The notes below the pieces were generated by a model. It saw nothing but the letters and a program-made list of their open reading frames with translations. It was not told where the DNA came from and did not search any database. A stretch of DNA of 64,000 nt from Myxococcota bacterium (GTDB lineage: Bacteria > Myxococcota_A > UBA9160 > UBA4427). This document shows, piece by piece, positions 1 to 9,402 of the stretch (position 1 is the first letter of the stretch; each line of letters begins with the position of its first letter). The stretch is taken from the NCBI GenBank assembly GCA_965250285.1, contig OZ252299.1:960001-1024000 (forward strand), in the 5' to 3' direction. The translations under genes and the position numbers were made by a program.

Positions 1-402
1 GTAAGGCCATTCACGCAAGGCAGCGAGGCTCGGCAACCGAGGTCAGGCCCCTGTGAACGTGGCTCCGGAATCCTCGGGGTCGTTCAACTCACAGGGAGAC
101 GATAGGTCCAACCGGACCTATGCGGATCGTGACAACGCGGCCGCCAGCAGGTCACTCGATTGTGTTGCTCCGAGGCGGGACCTGCCCCTGTGCATGCCGG
201 GCGGCTGCACCAGCGCCTTCAAGAAAATCAGCCGATCCGCCGATCTGTGTAAGGCAGAGGCGCGCTGTCCCGTAGGCGCGAGGCCGCGCTCATCTCGACC
301 CCCAGCGCCACCCGGACGACGGCGGCCGGGCGCTTCTGATGGCGATCGCGGCTGGGTTGCCGCGCGATCGGCTGAGCGCACGTCCCGTCGGAGCTTCACT
401 CC

Positions 403-2082
403 ATGGTCCAAGTCCTCGTTGCATTGATCGTGCTCGTCGTCGCTTTGCCTGCGTTCGCGTTCCGCGTGGAGGGCGAGGTCCGCGGCGTCATACCGGTGGG
501 TCCGGCCGACGACTATGAAGATTTGATGGGCGCCGAGTTCTTGGTGTGGTCACTCAAGGTCGAGTTCGACGACGGCCGCACCTTCGACCGCGACGGAGAC
601 GGCACGGTCACTGCGCGCGAGTACAACGACCTGCACCATCAGCTGCATCTCGGTCAGTATGGGACGGCGGAGTACCTGGCGGACGACTGGTCCTTCGACA
701 TCACACTCTGGGGTGAGGACGGCATCGTCGGCTCGTACACCCCCGTCGTCTCAGAGTACGACGGTTTCGATTTTAACGTGACGCCCCACCTATGGGGCGA
801 GGGGCGGAGGCGAGTCTCCCGCGGGTTCGTGGGTTTCGAGGTGGGGCCACCCGATCCACCGCTCGATCCCCCGTTCGAAGCCATGATTCTCTATTTCGTA
901 CGCGACACCGTCAGCCTCTCGTGGGTTGGGGGCGATATCTTTGCAAGTTGGACCGACCCCCTACCGTGGGTCGAGCGGTGGTACAGCCCCGACCTCGCTC
1001 ACATCCCCGCGCCGCGGCTTCGCGGCCGGCCTGATTGGCTGCCCCCGAGCGGCGACCCCACGACATCGCTCATCCCTCAGGCATCCACATCGCCGATCCC
1101 CGAGCCCAACACCGCGCTGCTGATCGGCGTCGGTCTCTTGGGCCTCGGTCTCTCGGGCAGGAGGCGAGGGCGCGAGTGCGCAGTCGGGGGCGAGCAAGGC
1201 GCGCGTGCGGCCATGGGCTCGCTGCGCTGCCTGGCGAGGGTGCCTGAGCGTGGCCGCCGCGTGGTGGGCCGACGGCACCTGCGTTGGCAGATTCATGTCA
1301 TGGCCTGTGTGCTCGTCGCATGGGTCGCCCTTGCGGTGGCTGTACCAGCTCATGCGTTCCGCGTGGAGGGCGTGCTCCGCGGCCTCATTGCCGTCGAGCG
1401 GAGCGAGCTGCGGGACCAGGAGGCATTGAGGGGCGTTGAGTTCGTGGATTGGTCCGTGCGTGTCGAGTTCGACGACGGTCGCACCTTCGACCGCGACGGC
1501 GATGGAGTGGTTACCGAGCTCGAGTACAACGACCTGCACCATCAGCTCTACCTGGGTGAAGGACGTTGGGATGAGGCCTCGGTCGACGACTGGTCCATCG
1601 ACATCACGCTGTGGGGCGAGGATGGCATTGTCGGTACCTTCGCCCCAATCAGGGCAGAGGATGATGTATTCGACCTGCAAGTGACGCAGCACTTCTGGAG
1701 CGCGGGACGCCGAGGCTTCACGATGGATGCCGGCAGCGTGGACCCGCAGCTGGGCGACCTGATCGACTCTCTCGTCGTCAGCGCCACTCCGATGGGCAGT
1801 CGGGTTCTCTGGTGGGGAAACCCGAGAGGGGGGGCGTCGACCCGGTTGATCAATCCGCTGTGGTCCGCGCCGTGGATCGAGCGGTGGTACAGCCCCGACC
1901 TCGCTCACATCCCCGCGCCGCGACTTCGAGGCCAGCCTGAGTGGCTCCCCACGAGTGGCGACTCCACGACATCGCTCATCCCTCAGGCATCCATATCGCC
2001 GATCCCCGAGCCACACACCGCGCTCCTGATCGGTTTGGGCCTGGTCGGCCTCGGTCTCTCCGGTAGGCGACGAGCGCGCTAG
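403..2082 (+). CDS. Tandem PEP-CTERM surface protein(s): two paralogous units, each signal peptide + EF-hand-like loop + PEP-CTERM, in one ORF
   Basis: Unit 1 (403-1173) ends IPEPNTALLIGVGLLGLGLSGRRRGR. Unit 2 (ATG 1300 to 2082) ends IPEPHTALLIGLGLVGLGLSGRRRAR*. Both mature parts start AFRVEG after an AxA site and contain DRDGDGxVTxxE. Confidence 0.85.
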   Translation: MVQVLVALIVLVVALPAFAFRVEGEVRGVIPVGPADDYEDLMGAEFLVWSLKVEFDDGRTFDRDGDGTVTAREYNDLHHQLHLGQYGTAEYLADDWSFDITLWGEDGIVGSYTPVVSEYDGFDFNVTPHLWGEGRRRVSRGFVGFEVGPPDPPLDPPFEAMILYFVRDTVSLSWVGGDIFASWTDPLPWVERWYSPDLAHIPAPRLRGRPDWLPPSGDPTTSLIPQASTSPIPEPNTALLIGVGLLGLGLSGRRRGRECAVGGEQGARAAMGSLRCLARVPERGRRVVGRRHLRWQIHVMACVLVAWVALAVAVPAHAFRVEGVLRGLIAVERSELRDQEALRGVEFVDWSVRVEFDDGRTFDRDGDGVVTELEYNDLHHQLYLGEGRWDEASVDDWSIDITLWGEDGIVGTFAPIRAEDDVFDLQVTQHFWSAGRRGFTMDAGSVDPQLGDLIDSLVVSATPMGSRVLWWGNPRGGASTRLINPLWSAPWIERWYSPDLAHIPAPRLRGQPEWLPTSGDSTTSLIPQASISPIPEPHTALLIGLGLVGLGLSGRRRAR

Positions 2083-2219
2083 CGAGCGCGCGGGTGCAGA
2101 GCCCGGGGGGTGGCCAGGCGCTCGTGCGGCAGTGGAACCACCGCGCCGCTACACCCAGGATCGGGACGCCGAAGAGACGGGCGACAGCATCCCCACCCGG
2201 CCCGAGCCGACTTCTTTCG

Positions 2220-3500
2220 CTACGCCAGCCGTCGGTGCGTATCGAGCGTGAGCGTCGGCACGTCGATGGCCGAAGGGCAGCTGCCCGCGCACGGGGCGGC
2301 GCAGCCCGCGCAGGCCGCGGCGTTCACCGCCAGCCGCGCGTAGTCTTCGCGGGCATACGTGAGGTCGGCGTAGTCGCGCGCGTACATGCGCGTGCGCATC
2401 ACCTCCGAGACGGGCACCTCGGCGGGGCAGGCCGACTCACACGCCGAGCAGCCGTGCTCGCAGTAGCCCTCGGGCGCGTGGGCGAGGTAGCGATCGAGCC
2501 AGTCGAGCTCGGCGGCGGTGGGCTTCTCGGCGCCGCTCGCCGCGACGTACTCGTCGATCTGCTCGGGTGAGGTCATCGAGACGACGAGCGCGTCGACGTG
2601 ACCGCCCTGGAGCGTCCAGCGGAAGGCCGCCTGGGCCGTCGTGGCGCCGCCGTATTCGTACGGGCGCATGTCGTTCAGTCGCGCACCGCGCAGGGTCTTC
2701 ATCGCGACGACGCCGATCCCCTTCGCCCGCGCCCGGTCGAGCGCCGCGGGCAGCCCCTGCTGAGGCGCGACGAAGTCGAAGTTGCGCAGCAGGCGCTGGT
2801 AGAAGGCGGGATCCTGGCCCCAGTTGTATGCGACGAGCAGCACGTCGGTCAGGTTCTTGTCGACGACCTCGTCGATGCACTCGACGAGGTTGCCGCCGTG
2901 CCCCGACACCCCGGTGAAGCGGATCTTGCCCTGGGCCTTCGCCTTGTCGGCGAACGTGTACCAGGCGTCGTTGCGGAGCCGCGCGAGGTCGTTCACGGCG
3001 TGATTGAAGTACACGTCGATGTGGTCGGTGCGCAGGCGCTTCAAGCTGCCTTCGAGCGCGCGCATGAGTTCGGCTTCGCTCGTGCGGGTACCGCACTTCG
3101 TCTTCGAGGCGATGATCACTTCGTTGCGGCGCCCGGCGAGCGCCTCGCCGACCGCTTTCTCGGAGTCACCGCCCTTGTAGCTGTCGGCCGTGTCGAAGTA
3201 GTCGATGCCACGCTCGAAGGCGTGGGTGACGACGGCGGGGTCGGTGGTGCGGCTCGAACCGAACGAGATGTCGGAGATCTCGAGCCCGGTGCGGCCCAGC
3301 GTGCGGCGCGCGCGGATCGAAGGCTCGGCTGCGCTCGCGGGTCGCGCCGCCGGCCCGGCCGCGATCGTCGCCGCCGCAGCGGCACCGGCGGCGAGGAAGC
3401 GCCGGCGATCGAGGCGTGCGTGGCCGGCTTCGGCGGGGTCGGCGGGACTCGAAGAGGGAGAAGAGGGCGGAACCATCACGCCGCGCGATCCATCGTTCAT
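2220..3500 (-). CDS. Aldo/keto reductase with Tat signal and C-terminal Fe-S cysteine cluster
   Basis: RRRFL twin-Arg signal, RRTLGRTGLEIS, DTADSY, SLKRLRTDHID; C-terminal CxxxCxxCxxxCP and CxxCxxxCxxxCP. Start uncertain (3500-3524). Confidence 0.88.
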   Translation of the reverse strand: MNDGSRGVMVPPSSPSSSPADPAEAGHARLDRRRFLAAGAAAAATIAAGPAARPASAAEPSIRARRTLGRTGLEISDISFGSSRTTDPAVVTHAFERGIDYFDTADSYKGGDSEKAVGEALAGRRNEVIIASKTKCGTRTSEAELMRALEGSLKRLRTDHIDVYFNHAVNDLARLRNDAWYTFADKAKAQGKIRFTGVSGHGGNLVECIDEVVDKNLTDVLLVAYNWGQDPAFYQRLLRNFDFVAPQQGLPAALDRARAKGIGVVAMKTLRGARLNDMRPYEYGGATTAQAAFRWTLQGGHVDALVVSMTSPEQIDEYVAASGAEKPTAAELDWLDRYLAHAPEGYCEHGCSACESACPAEVPVSEVMRTRMYARDYADLTYAREDYARLAVNAAACAGCAAPCAGSCPSAIDVPTLTLDTHRRLA

Positions 3501-3542
3501 GCCGATCCTCCTGGCGAACGACATCGAGTGTAGCCGACGCGA

Positions 3543-4700
3543 TCAGGCCGGAAGAATTCGGGAGGACGGCGGGGTGCGATGGTCTGTGCCGTTGGCTTCA
3601 CAGATGGGTGCGCCCAGTGCGGCGACGGAATGCCGAGCCACGCTATCGCTGCGCGTCGCGTGCAGCGAGCGACCACGCCGCCGCGCGCCCAGCGCAGCGA
3701 GTCCGGATCCGACGAGCATCAGGGTCGAGGGCTCAGGGATCGGAAGTGTTGCGCTGACGACCTGGACCTCGTGGAAGTCGCCGTTACTGAAGCTCTGGTT
3801 TCCGGGCTCGACCTGAGGACTGTCGTCCCAGCGGAACAGCCCATCTTCGATCGTGATTCCGTTGCTGCCGACGAGCCACCCCTGCCCCCCGTCTGCGAAT
3901 GCGATGTCGGTGTCTGCGAGATCCCACGCGGTTTCGAGCAACACGTCCGTGACGGACACGCCTCCGATGACCGACACGGTGTTCGAGCCGGCCGCGAGCT
4001 CGTTGACTGCCGTCGTGTGGACCGTCCCATCGCTGAAGACGATGTTTCCGTTGGGCCGGACGAACAGACCAGTCGCATGGTACGCACCGTAGTCTCGCCC
4101 GAGGGTCGCTTCGCTGAATAGCACGGTCTGGGTCTGGCGCTGAATGTCCACCGACACGATCTCACTCATGCGGGTCCCGATCACCGGGAACTGAAGCACG
4201 ATGACCTCGTTGGGCCCACGCGCTTCGAGATCAAACGTTCTGCCGAGCGTACGCGTTGGGTTCGTCAGCAGGCCCCCCGACGTGATCGGCGACTGTGCGC
4301 CAGATCGGGTGTCCAACCCAACGACCGACGCAACGCCCTCCGGCCCGCCGTAGTCGAGGACGTAGAGCCCCCGCCCCCCTCCCATCGCGATGCCCCGCGG
4401 ATCCGACAGCAGTCCGCCCTTCGTCGTCGTGGTCTTCGTGCCAGTCACGACGTCGATCTCGACGATCGCACTTCCCTCGACGGCGTAGACCGTCTGTCTG
4501 TCTGCGATCGTGAAGTCCTCGAACGTGCCGCTGGCGATCAGCACCTGCCCACCCGACACGGGGTCGATCCGAATCAGCCCGGTTCCGACGCTGCTCGTTC
4601 CTGCGACGATGACTTCATCGGGAATGAGTGCGCTGGCCATCGACTGCGAAGAGAAGCACGCAGCGATCAGCGCCAGGAGTGCGCAGAGCAGCTTGGGCAT
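3543..4700 (-). CDS. PEP-CTERM protein, probable beta-propeller
   Basis: Signal peptide MPKLLCALLALIAACFSSQSMASA with GGAG upstream; repeated xIDxxTG strands; IPEPSTLMLVGSGLAALGARRRGR followed by a long tail. Confidence 0.85.
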   Translation of the reverse strand: MPKLLCALLALIAACFSSQSMASALIPDEVIVAGTSSVGTGLIRIDPVSGGQVLIASGTFEDFTIADRQTVYAVEGSAIVEIDVVTGTKTTTTKGGLLSDPRGIAMGGGRGLYVLDYGGPEGVASVVGLDTRSGAQSPITSGGLLTNPTRTLGRTFDLEARGPNEVIVLQFPVIGTRMSEIVSVDIQRQTQTVLFSEATLGRDYGAYHATGLFVRPNGNIVFSDGTVHTTAVNELAAGSNTVSVIGGVSVTDVLLETAWDLADTDIAFADGGQGWLVGSNGITIEDGLFRWDDSPQVEPGNQSFSNGDFHEVQVVSATLPIPEPSTLMLVGSGLAALGARRRGRSLHATRSDSVARHSVAALGAPICEANGTDHRTPPSSRILPA

Positions 4701-4843
4701 ACGGGACTCTCCAGGCGATCCACGGCCCCCTCCCGAGGGCAGTCTACACCCGGGGTTCGCCTCCAAACAAGCGAGTTCGAGGCCAGCCGCCGGCGGGCGG
4801 CGGTGCGGGATGGAAATCGCGTGGGGGCCGTGACGAACTCGTC

Positions 4844-6082
4844 TCAGGGCGCCGACGCGTACTTCGGGAAGCGAGCCGCGGGTCGAGGCCGGTTACCCGC
4901 CCCGAGCCGCAGAGCGAGTGCGCCGAGGCCCACACCGACGAGCAGGAGGGTGGACGGCTCGGGAATCACCACCGGCTGAATTTCGGTGATGCCCAGACCC
5001 TGCGAGAACGCTTCGCCGTCGACGAGCAGCGGGACGTAACGGAAGCCGTCGGCGCACGTCGGGCACGGCTGCCTGACCACCGGATGCACGCCGATCAGCT
5101 GGGCATCCCCGGTGACGGGATATCCGAAGGCACCTGACGCCCACATCGATCCGTCGGGCGTGGTCGCGAAGTCGATGGCGCCGCCCAGCAGCGCATCGGG
5201 ACCGCCCAGCGGATCGACGACGACCGAGAGCGAGCCGAGATCGGCGAGAGCGCCCGTGGCGATGTCGTACGCGAACGCATTGCCCGCGCGGTCCTGGTCT
5301 GCGCCGACGACGATGCGACCGACGTCATCGATTCCGAGCGCCGAGGCCGCGAGGAAGAGTCGGCCGAACTCGGCCTCGGTCGTCTCGTTCGTGAAGAGGA
5401 TCGACTCGGTCGCCGAGGCGAGGTCGATGCCGACGACGCCCGACATGCCGCCCACGCCACCAAAGGGCGCGTCGCCGGGGAGTGCCTGTCCCAGGACGGC
5501 CAGCGAGCCGTTGGCGAGGATCTCGAGATCTCGACCCCACCACGTGGCGGTCGCCCCGGGCGGACCGCCCGTGGGCGTGAGGTTGCTCTCGACGATCAGC
5601 TCCCGGGCGCCGGTGCCGGGGTCGACGCGGTAGATGCTCGGCCTCAGCACGGCGCCGCTGGTCGGGTTGTCGAGCACGTAGATGTCCCCGCCCGGCCCGA
5701 TGGCCACGCCGTCTGCGCTGTCGAACCCGGAGGCGACCGTCGTGACGAGACCACTGGCCGGATCGATCGCCGACAGCGTGTCACCGCCCACCGCGTAGAC
5801 CGTCGAGCCTCCCACCGTCACGGCGATGTCGCCGGCGGGTACGGCGGTCGCGATCAGCTCCTGAGCGCCGGTCTGCGTATCGATGCGGATCAGGTTCGAT
5901 CCCTGGAGCGCGACGAGATCGTTGTGGAGCAGCGTCGTGGCGTGGGCGCCCGGGCTCGCGAGCACGAACGCGCAGACGCCGGTCATCGCGGTCGCGAGCC
6001 ACTTTGCGAATGCGCCGCAGCCCATCGATTCGGTGTGCGATCGAACGGCCAGCGATCGACTCTGGTCGGTGTTTGAGCGCAT
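4844..6082 (-). CDS. PEP-CTERM protein, probable beta-propeller; paralog of 3543-4700
   Basis: LIRIDTQTGAQELIA resembles LIRIDPVSGGQVLIA of the neighbour; ends VIPEPSTLLLVGVGLGALALR. ATG 6082 has GGAG upstream; start uncertain. Confidence 0.85.
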   Translation of the reverse strand: MRSNTDQSRSLAVRSHTESMGCGAFAKWLATAMTGVCAFVLASPGAHATTLLHNDLVALQGSNLIRIDTQTGAQELIATAVPAGDIAVTVGGSTVYAVGGDTLSAIDPASGLVTTVASGFDSADGVAIGPGGDIYVLDNPTSGAVLRPSIYRVDPGTGARELIVESNLTPTGGPPGATATWWGRDLEILANGSLAVLGQALPGDAPFGGVGGMSGVVGIDLASATESILFTNETTEAEFGRLFLAASALGIDDVGRIVVGADQDRAGNAFAYDIATGALADLGSLSVVVDPLGGPDALLGGAIDFATTPDGSMWASGAFGYPVTGDAQLIGVHPVVRQPCPTCADGFRYVPLLVDGEAFSQGLGITEIQPVVIPEPSTLLLVGVGLGALALRLGAGNRPRPAARFPKYASAP

Positions 6083-6496
6083 CGACTCGACTCCAGCAGC
6101 ACGGAGGAGTCGGCCGAAGCCGCTCCCCTTCCCAGCCGCCATTGTGGCATGCCCATGCGGTGCGAGTCCATCGCGGAACAGGCCTCGATCTCGCGGCGGC
6201 ACGAATCTCGCCATCTGGATGTGCCGAATCGGTGAGCTCGCGTGACGGGCGATCGGCCCCGGCTCGCCGGTTTTCGATCAGTTCGAAGCGATGCCCCCCG
6301 AGGTGTCGCCGGTGCGGCTCTGCCCGGTCGATCGCGCCAGATCTGCGCATCGGCTGCGTTCAGCGCCTGCGCAGAGAGCGCGCGGCGAGACCGGGGTGGC
6401 GTCGACGTCTTCCGAGTGACGGTCGGCACGCGCCTTGGCGTCCGATCGACGATATGGTTCGCGCCGTTTCTCGTCGTTCTCGATAGGGGGGTGGAG

Positions 6497-6841
6497 ATGA
6501 TCTCGAAGAACGCCGCGGCTCGGGCCGCCACGTGGGCCGCGGTCGCGGCGCTGACCTTTGGCTGCACGTTCGTCGACCTGACGCCGAAGGCCGAGCAGGT
6601 GCGGTCGTCGACCGCCGAGGCCGTTGCTTCGTGTGAGCGCCTCGGCAAGACCAAGACGCGCACCGCCGCGAAGGCATGGATCTTTCCGCGCAAGCAGGCG
6701 CGCGTCGCCGAAGAGCTGACGCGGCTCGCCCGCGCCGACGCCGCCGACATGGGCGGCACCGACGTCGCACCGCTCGACGAGATGGCCGACGGACGCCAGG
6801 AGTTCGGCATCTATCGATGCCCAGGGACCGGCACCGAGTAG
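6497..6841 (+). CDS. DUF4156-like small lipoprotein
   Basis: Lipobox LTFGC, then LTPKAEQVR, CERLG, AADMGG and terminal YRCP; GGAG before ATG. Confidence 0.75.
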   Translation: MISKNAAARAATWAAVAALTFGCTFVDLTPKAEQVRSSTAEAVASCERLGKTKTRTAAKAWIFPRKQARVAEELTRLARADAADMGGTDVAPLDEMADGRQEFGIYRCPGTGTE

Positions 6842-7150
6842 CGGCCACACGCGTCCCCTCCCAATCGAGCTTCGCCGCACCGCTCCACCGCTGGGCACGC
6901 ACCCGATCGGCCCGGCCGCCCCGCCTGCGGGCCTCGGTACCGCCGTGGCCGGCTCGCGCCGGGCCGCGCGCCGAGTCGCACGGTGCCGCCGCTGGGGTAG
7001 CATCGCTGTTCCGCGGCGAGGGCTCGCCGCGGTGTGCGATCTCACACGCTGCGCAGTGTGCTGGCTGTCGGCCGGCGATGAAAGCGGCTACGAGAGGCGC
7101 ACCGAACGGGGACGCGAGAGAACGCGAGAGAACCCGAGGAGGGAACCCAC

Positions 7151-7561
7151 ATGGATCTCGAAGGCGGCTGCTACTGCGGCGACGTGCGCTACTCGGTCTC
7201 GGGCGACGCGGTCTTCAAGGGTCAGTGCCACTGTCGCGAGTGCCAGTACATCTCGGGCGGCGCGCCCAACATGGTGATGGCCTTTCCCGAGGCGGGCTTC
7301 GCCTACACCCAGGGCAGCGTGAAGGGCTTCGCCCGAGCCGACCTCGACAGCCCGGTGACGCGCGAGTTCTGTCCGAACTGTGGGACGCATCTCGTCAGCA
7401 AGCCGCCTTCGATGCCGGGCATGCTGATCATCAAGGTCGGCACGCTCGACGATCCGAGTCAGTTCAGCGGCCCCGACATGGCGATCTTCACGTGTGACAG
7501 CCAGTCGTTCCACGTCGTGCCCGAGGGCGTGGCCAGCTTCGAGCGCACGCCCGGCGGCTGA
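7151..7561 (+). CDS. GFA/CENP-V family Zn-binding protein
   Basis: GGCYCGDVRY, CHCRECQ, FCPNCGT motifs. Confidence 0.92.
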   Translation: MDLEGGCYCGDVRYSVSGDAVFKGQCHCRECQYISGGAPNMVMAFPEAGFAYTQGSVKGFARADLDSPVTREFCPNCGTHLVSKPPSMPGMLIIKVGTLDDPSQFSGPDMAIFTCDSQSFHVVPEGVASFERTPGG

Positions 7562-7610
7562 ACGGCGCGCCTGCGCACCGCATCGTCTCGGACGCCGCGA
7601 GGATCCCCCC

Positions 7611-8066
7611 ATGCCCGACGCCGAACTCGTCGCGATCGCGGTGCGTGACGCCACGCGCGCGCCGATGAAGCTGCGCGACGCGGCTTCGATCTCGGTCGAG
7701 CGAGGCGTCGAAGGCGACTTTCGCGGAAAGCCCGGGCTTCGCCAGGTCACGGTCCTGACCGAAGAGGGCTGGGCGGCGGCCTGCGACGCGGTGGGCGAGC
7801 CGCTCGACTGGACGCTGCGACGCTCGAACCTGCTGGTGCGGGGCATCGAGCTGCGCGATCGCGTCGGCCAACGTCTGCGCGTGGGCGATGCGCTGCTCGA
7901 AATCACCGAAGAGACCGATCCGTGCCGGGTCATGGACAAGCAGCACGACGGGCTGCGGGCGGCGCTCGAGCCCGATTGGCGGGGCGGCGTGTGTTGTCGG
8001 GTCATCGAGAGCGGCGACGTCACCGTCGGGTGCGGCGTGCGTCTGGAGCAGGGCGCTCGTGGTTGA
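7611..8066 (+). CDS. MOSC domain protein
   Basis: GVEGD, RQVTVL, RRSNLLV, TDPCRVMD, RGGVCCRVIESG. Confidence 0.88.
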   Translation: MPDAELVAIAVRDATRAPMKLRDAASISVERGVEGDFRGKPGLRQVTVLTEEGWAAACDAVGEPLDWTLRRSNLLVRGIELRDRVGQRLRVGDALLEITEETDPCRVMDKQHDGLRAALEPDWRGGVCCRVIESGDVTVGCGVRLEQGARG

Positions 8067-9336
8067 GGCGGCGCCCGTCGCAGCGCCTTCGGATCTCGAC
8101 TGGGATCCCCTGTCGCCGCCGAACTGGCACGACCCGTATCCCGACTATGCGCGGCTCCGCGAAGAGGCCCCGGTGCACTGGGCGCCGCGCACGCAGGTGT
8201 TCTGCATCTCGCGCTATGACGACGTCGCGGCGGTGCTGCGCGACACCGAGACGTTCTCTTCGCGGGGCGCGTTCGAAGTGCTCGTGCAGCGCCAGAAGCT
8301 CGGCCTCGCCGATCTGCCGCACGTCGCCCGCTTTCTCTGGCGTTCTCGCATCAACCCGCTGCGCGTGCGCGATCGCATGGAGCGCGGCGGGCTGATCACG
8401 TCGGATCCCCCGCATCACACGGCGCTGCGCGCGACGGTGAACCGCGTCTTCACACCGCGGCGCATTCGCGATCTCGAGCCCCGGCTGCGTCAGCTCGTCG
8501 ATGCGTGCCTGGCATCCGTCGATGACGACGACCGTTTCGATCTGGTCTCGGCGCTGAACGTGCCGCTGCCGGTGACCGTGATCGCCGAGCTGCTCGGCAT
8601 CGACCCCGAGCGGCGCGACGACTTCAAGCGCTGGAGCGACGCGATCATCGCGGGGTCTTCGGGTTCGCTGGCGGGCGGGTTCGGCGCCTTTCTCGACGCG
8701 ATGGGGGAGCTCTTCGCGTTCTTGCGGCACGAGATCGGCCGCCGACGTCGTGACCCGGGCGACGATATCCTGAGTGTGCTCGTCGACCCCGCTCGGGCCG
8801 ACGCGCTCGACGATGGCGTCATCGCGCAGTTCGTGCTGCTGCTGCTCGTCGCCGGCAACGAGACCACCACGAATCTCATCGGCAACGCGGTGGCGACGTT
8901 CTTCGCTCACCCCGCCGAGCTCGAGCGCGTGCGCGCCGAGCCCGATCTGCTGCCGATCGCGATCGAAGAGGTGCTGCGCTTCGAGGCGCCCGTGCACTTC
9001 GTGTTTCGACGAGCCGCCCGCGACGCCGAGATCGCCGGCACGAAGATCCCGGCCGGTGCGCGCGTCGCGGCGCTGCTGGCGTCGGCCAATCGCGATCCGG
9101 CTCAGTTCGCAGACCCCGATCGCTTCGATGTCGCCCGAAATCCGAAGGGGCACCTCGGCTTCGGTCTCGGTGCGCACTTCTGCCTCGGGGCCTCGCTCGC
9201 GCGTCTCGAAGCGAAGGTGGCCCTCGAGGCGTTGGTGCCTCGCCTCGAAGGGCGTCGACTCGCCGAGGAACGCCTCGAATGGGTCGACTCGCATCTGGTC
9301 CGCGGCCCCGCCCGCATGCATCTCGTCGCCGCGTGA
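8059..9336 (+). CDS. Cytochrome P450
   Basis: AGNETT (I helix), EEVLR, heme motif FGLGAHFCLG; GTG start overlaps the MOSC gene end. Confidence 0.95.
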   Translation: MVEAAPVAAPSDLDWDPLSPPNWHDPYPDYARLREEAPVHWAPRTQVFCISRYDDVAAVLRDTETFSSRGAFEVLVQRQKLGLADLPHVARFLWRSRINPLRVRDRMERGGLITSDPPHHTALRATVNRVFTPRRIRDLEPRLRQLVDACLASVDDDDRFDLVSALNVPLPVTVIAELLGIDPERRDDFKRWSDAIIAGSSGSLAGGFGAFLDAMGELFAFLRHEIGRRRRDPGDDILSVLVDPARADALDDGVIAQFVLLLLVAGNETTTNLIGNAVATFFAHPAELERVRAEPDLLPIAIEEVLRFEAPVHFVFRRAARDAEIAGTKIPAGARVAALLASANRDPAQFADPDRFDVARNPKGHLGFGLGAHFCLGASLARLEAKVALEALVPRLEGRRLAEERLEWVDSHLVRGPARMHLVAA

Positions 9337-9402
9337 CGCGGTGACGCGCACGCTCGAACCCGAGCGAACTCAAACCCCAACAATGAAACGAAGGAATCCT
9401 CG

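Noticed and set aside
403..2082. PEP-CTERM paralog pair as a DGR template/variable repeat pair
   Set aside because: Differences are not adenine-specific, both copies are coding, and no reverse transcriptase is in the window.
4770..4785. Possible sigma54 promoter TGGCCTCGAACTCGCT upstream of a PEP-CTERM gene
   Set aside because: GG-N10-GC spacing is right and sigma54 control of PEP-CTERM genes is known, but the match to TGGCAC-N5-TTGC is too weak to separate from chance at this GC content.
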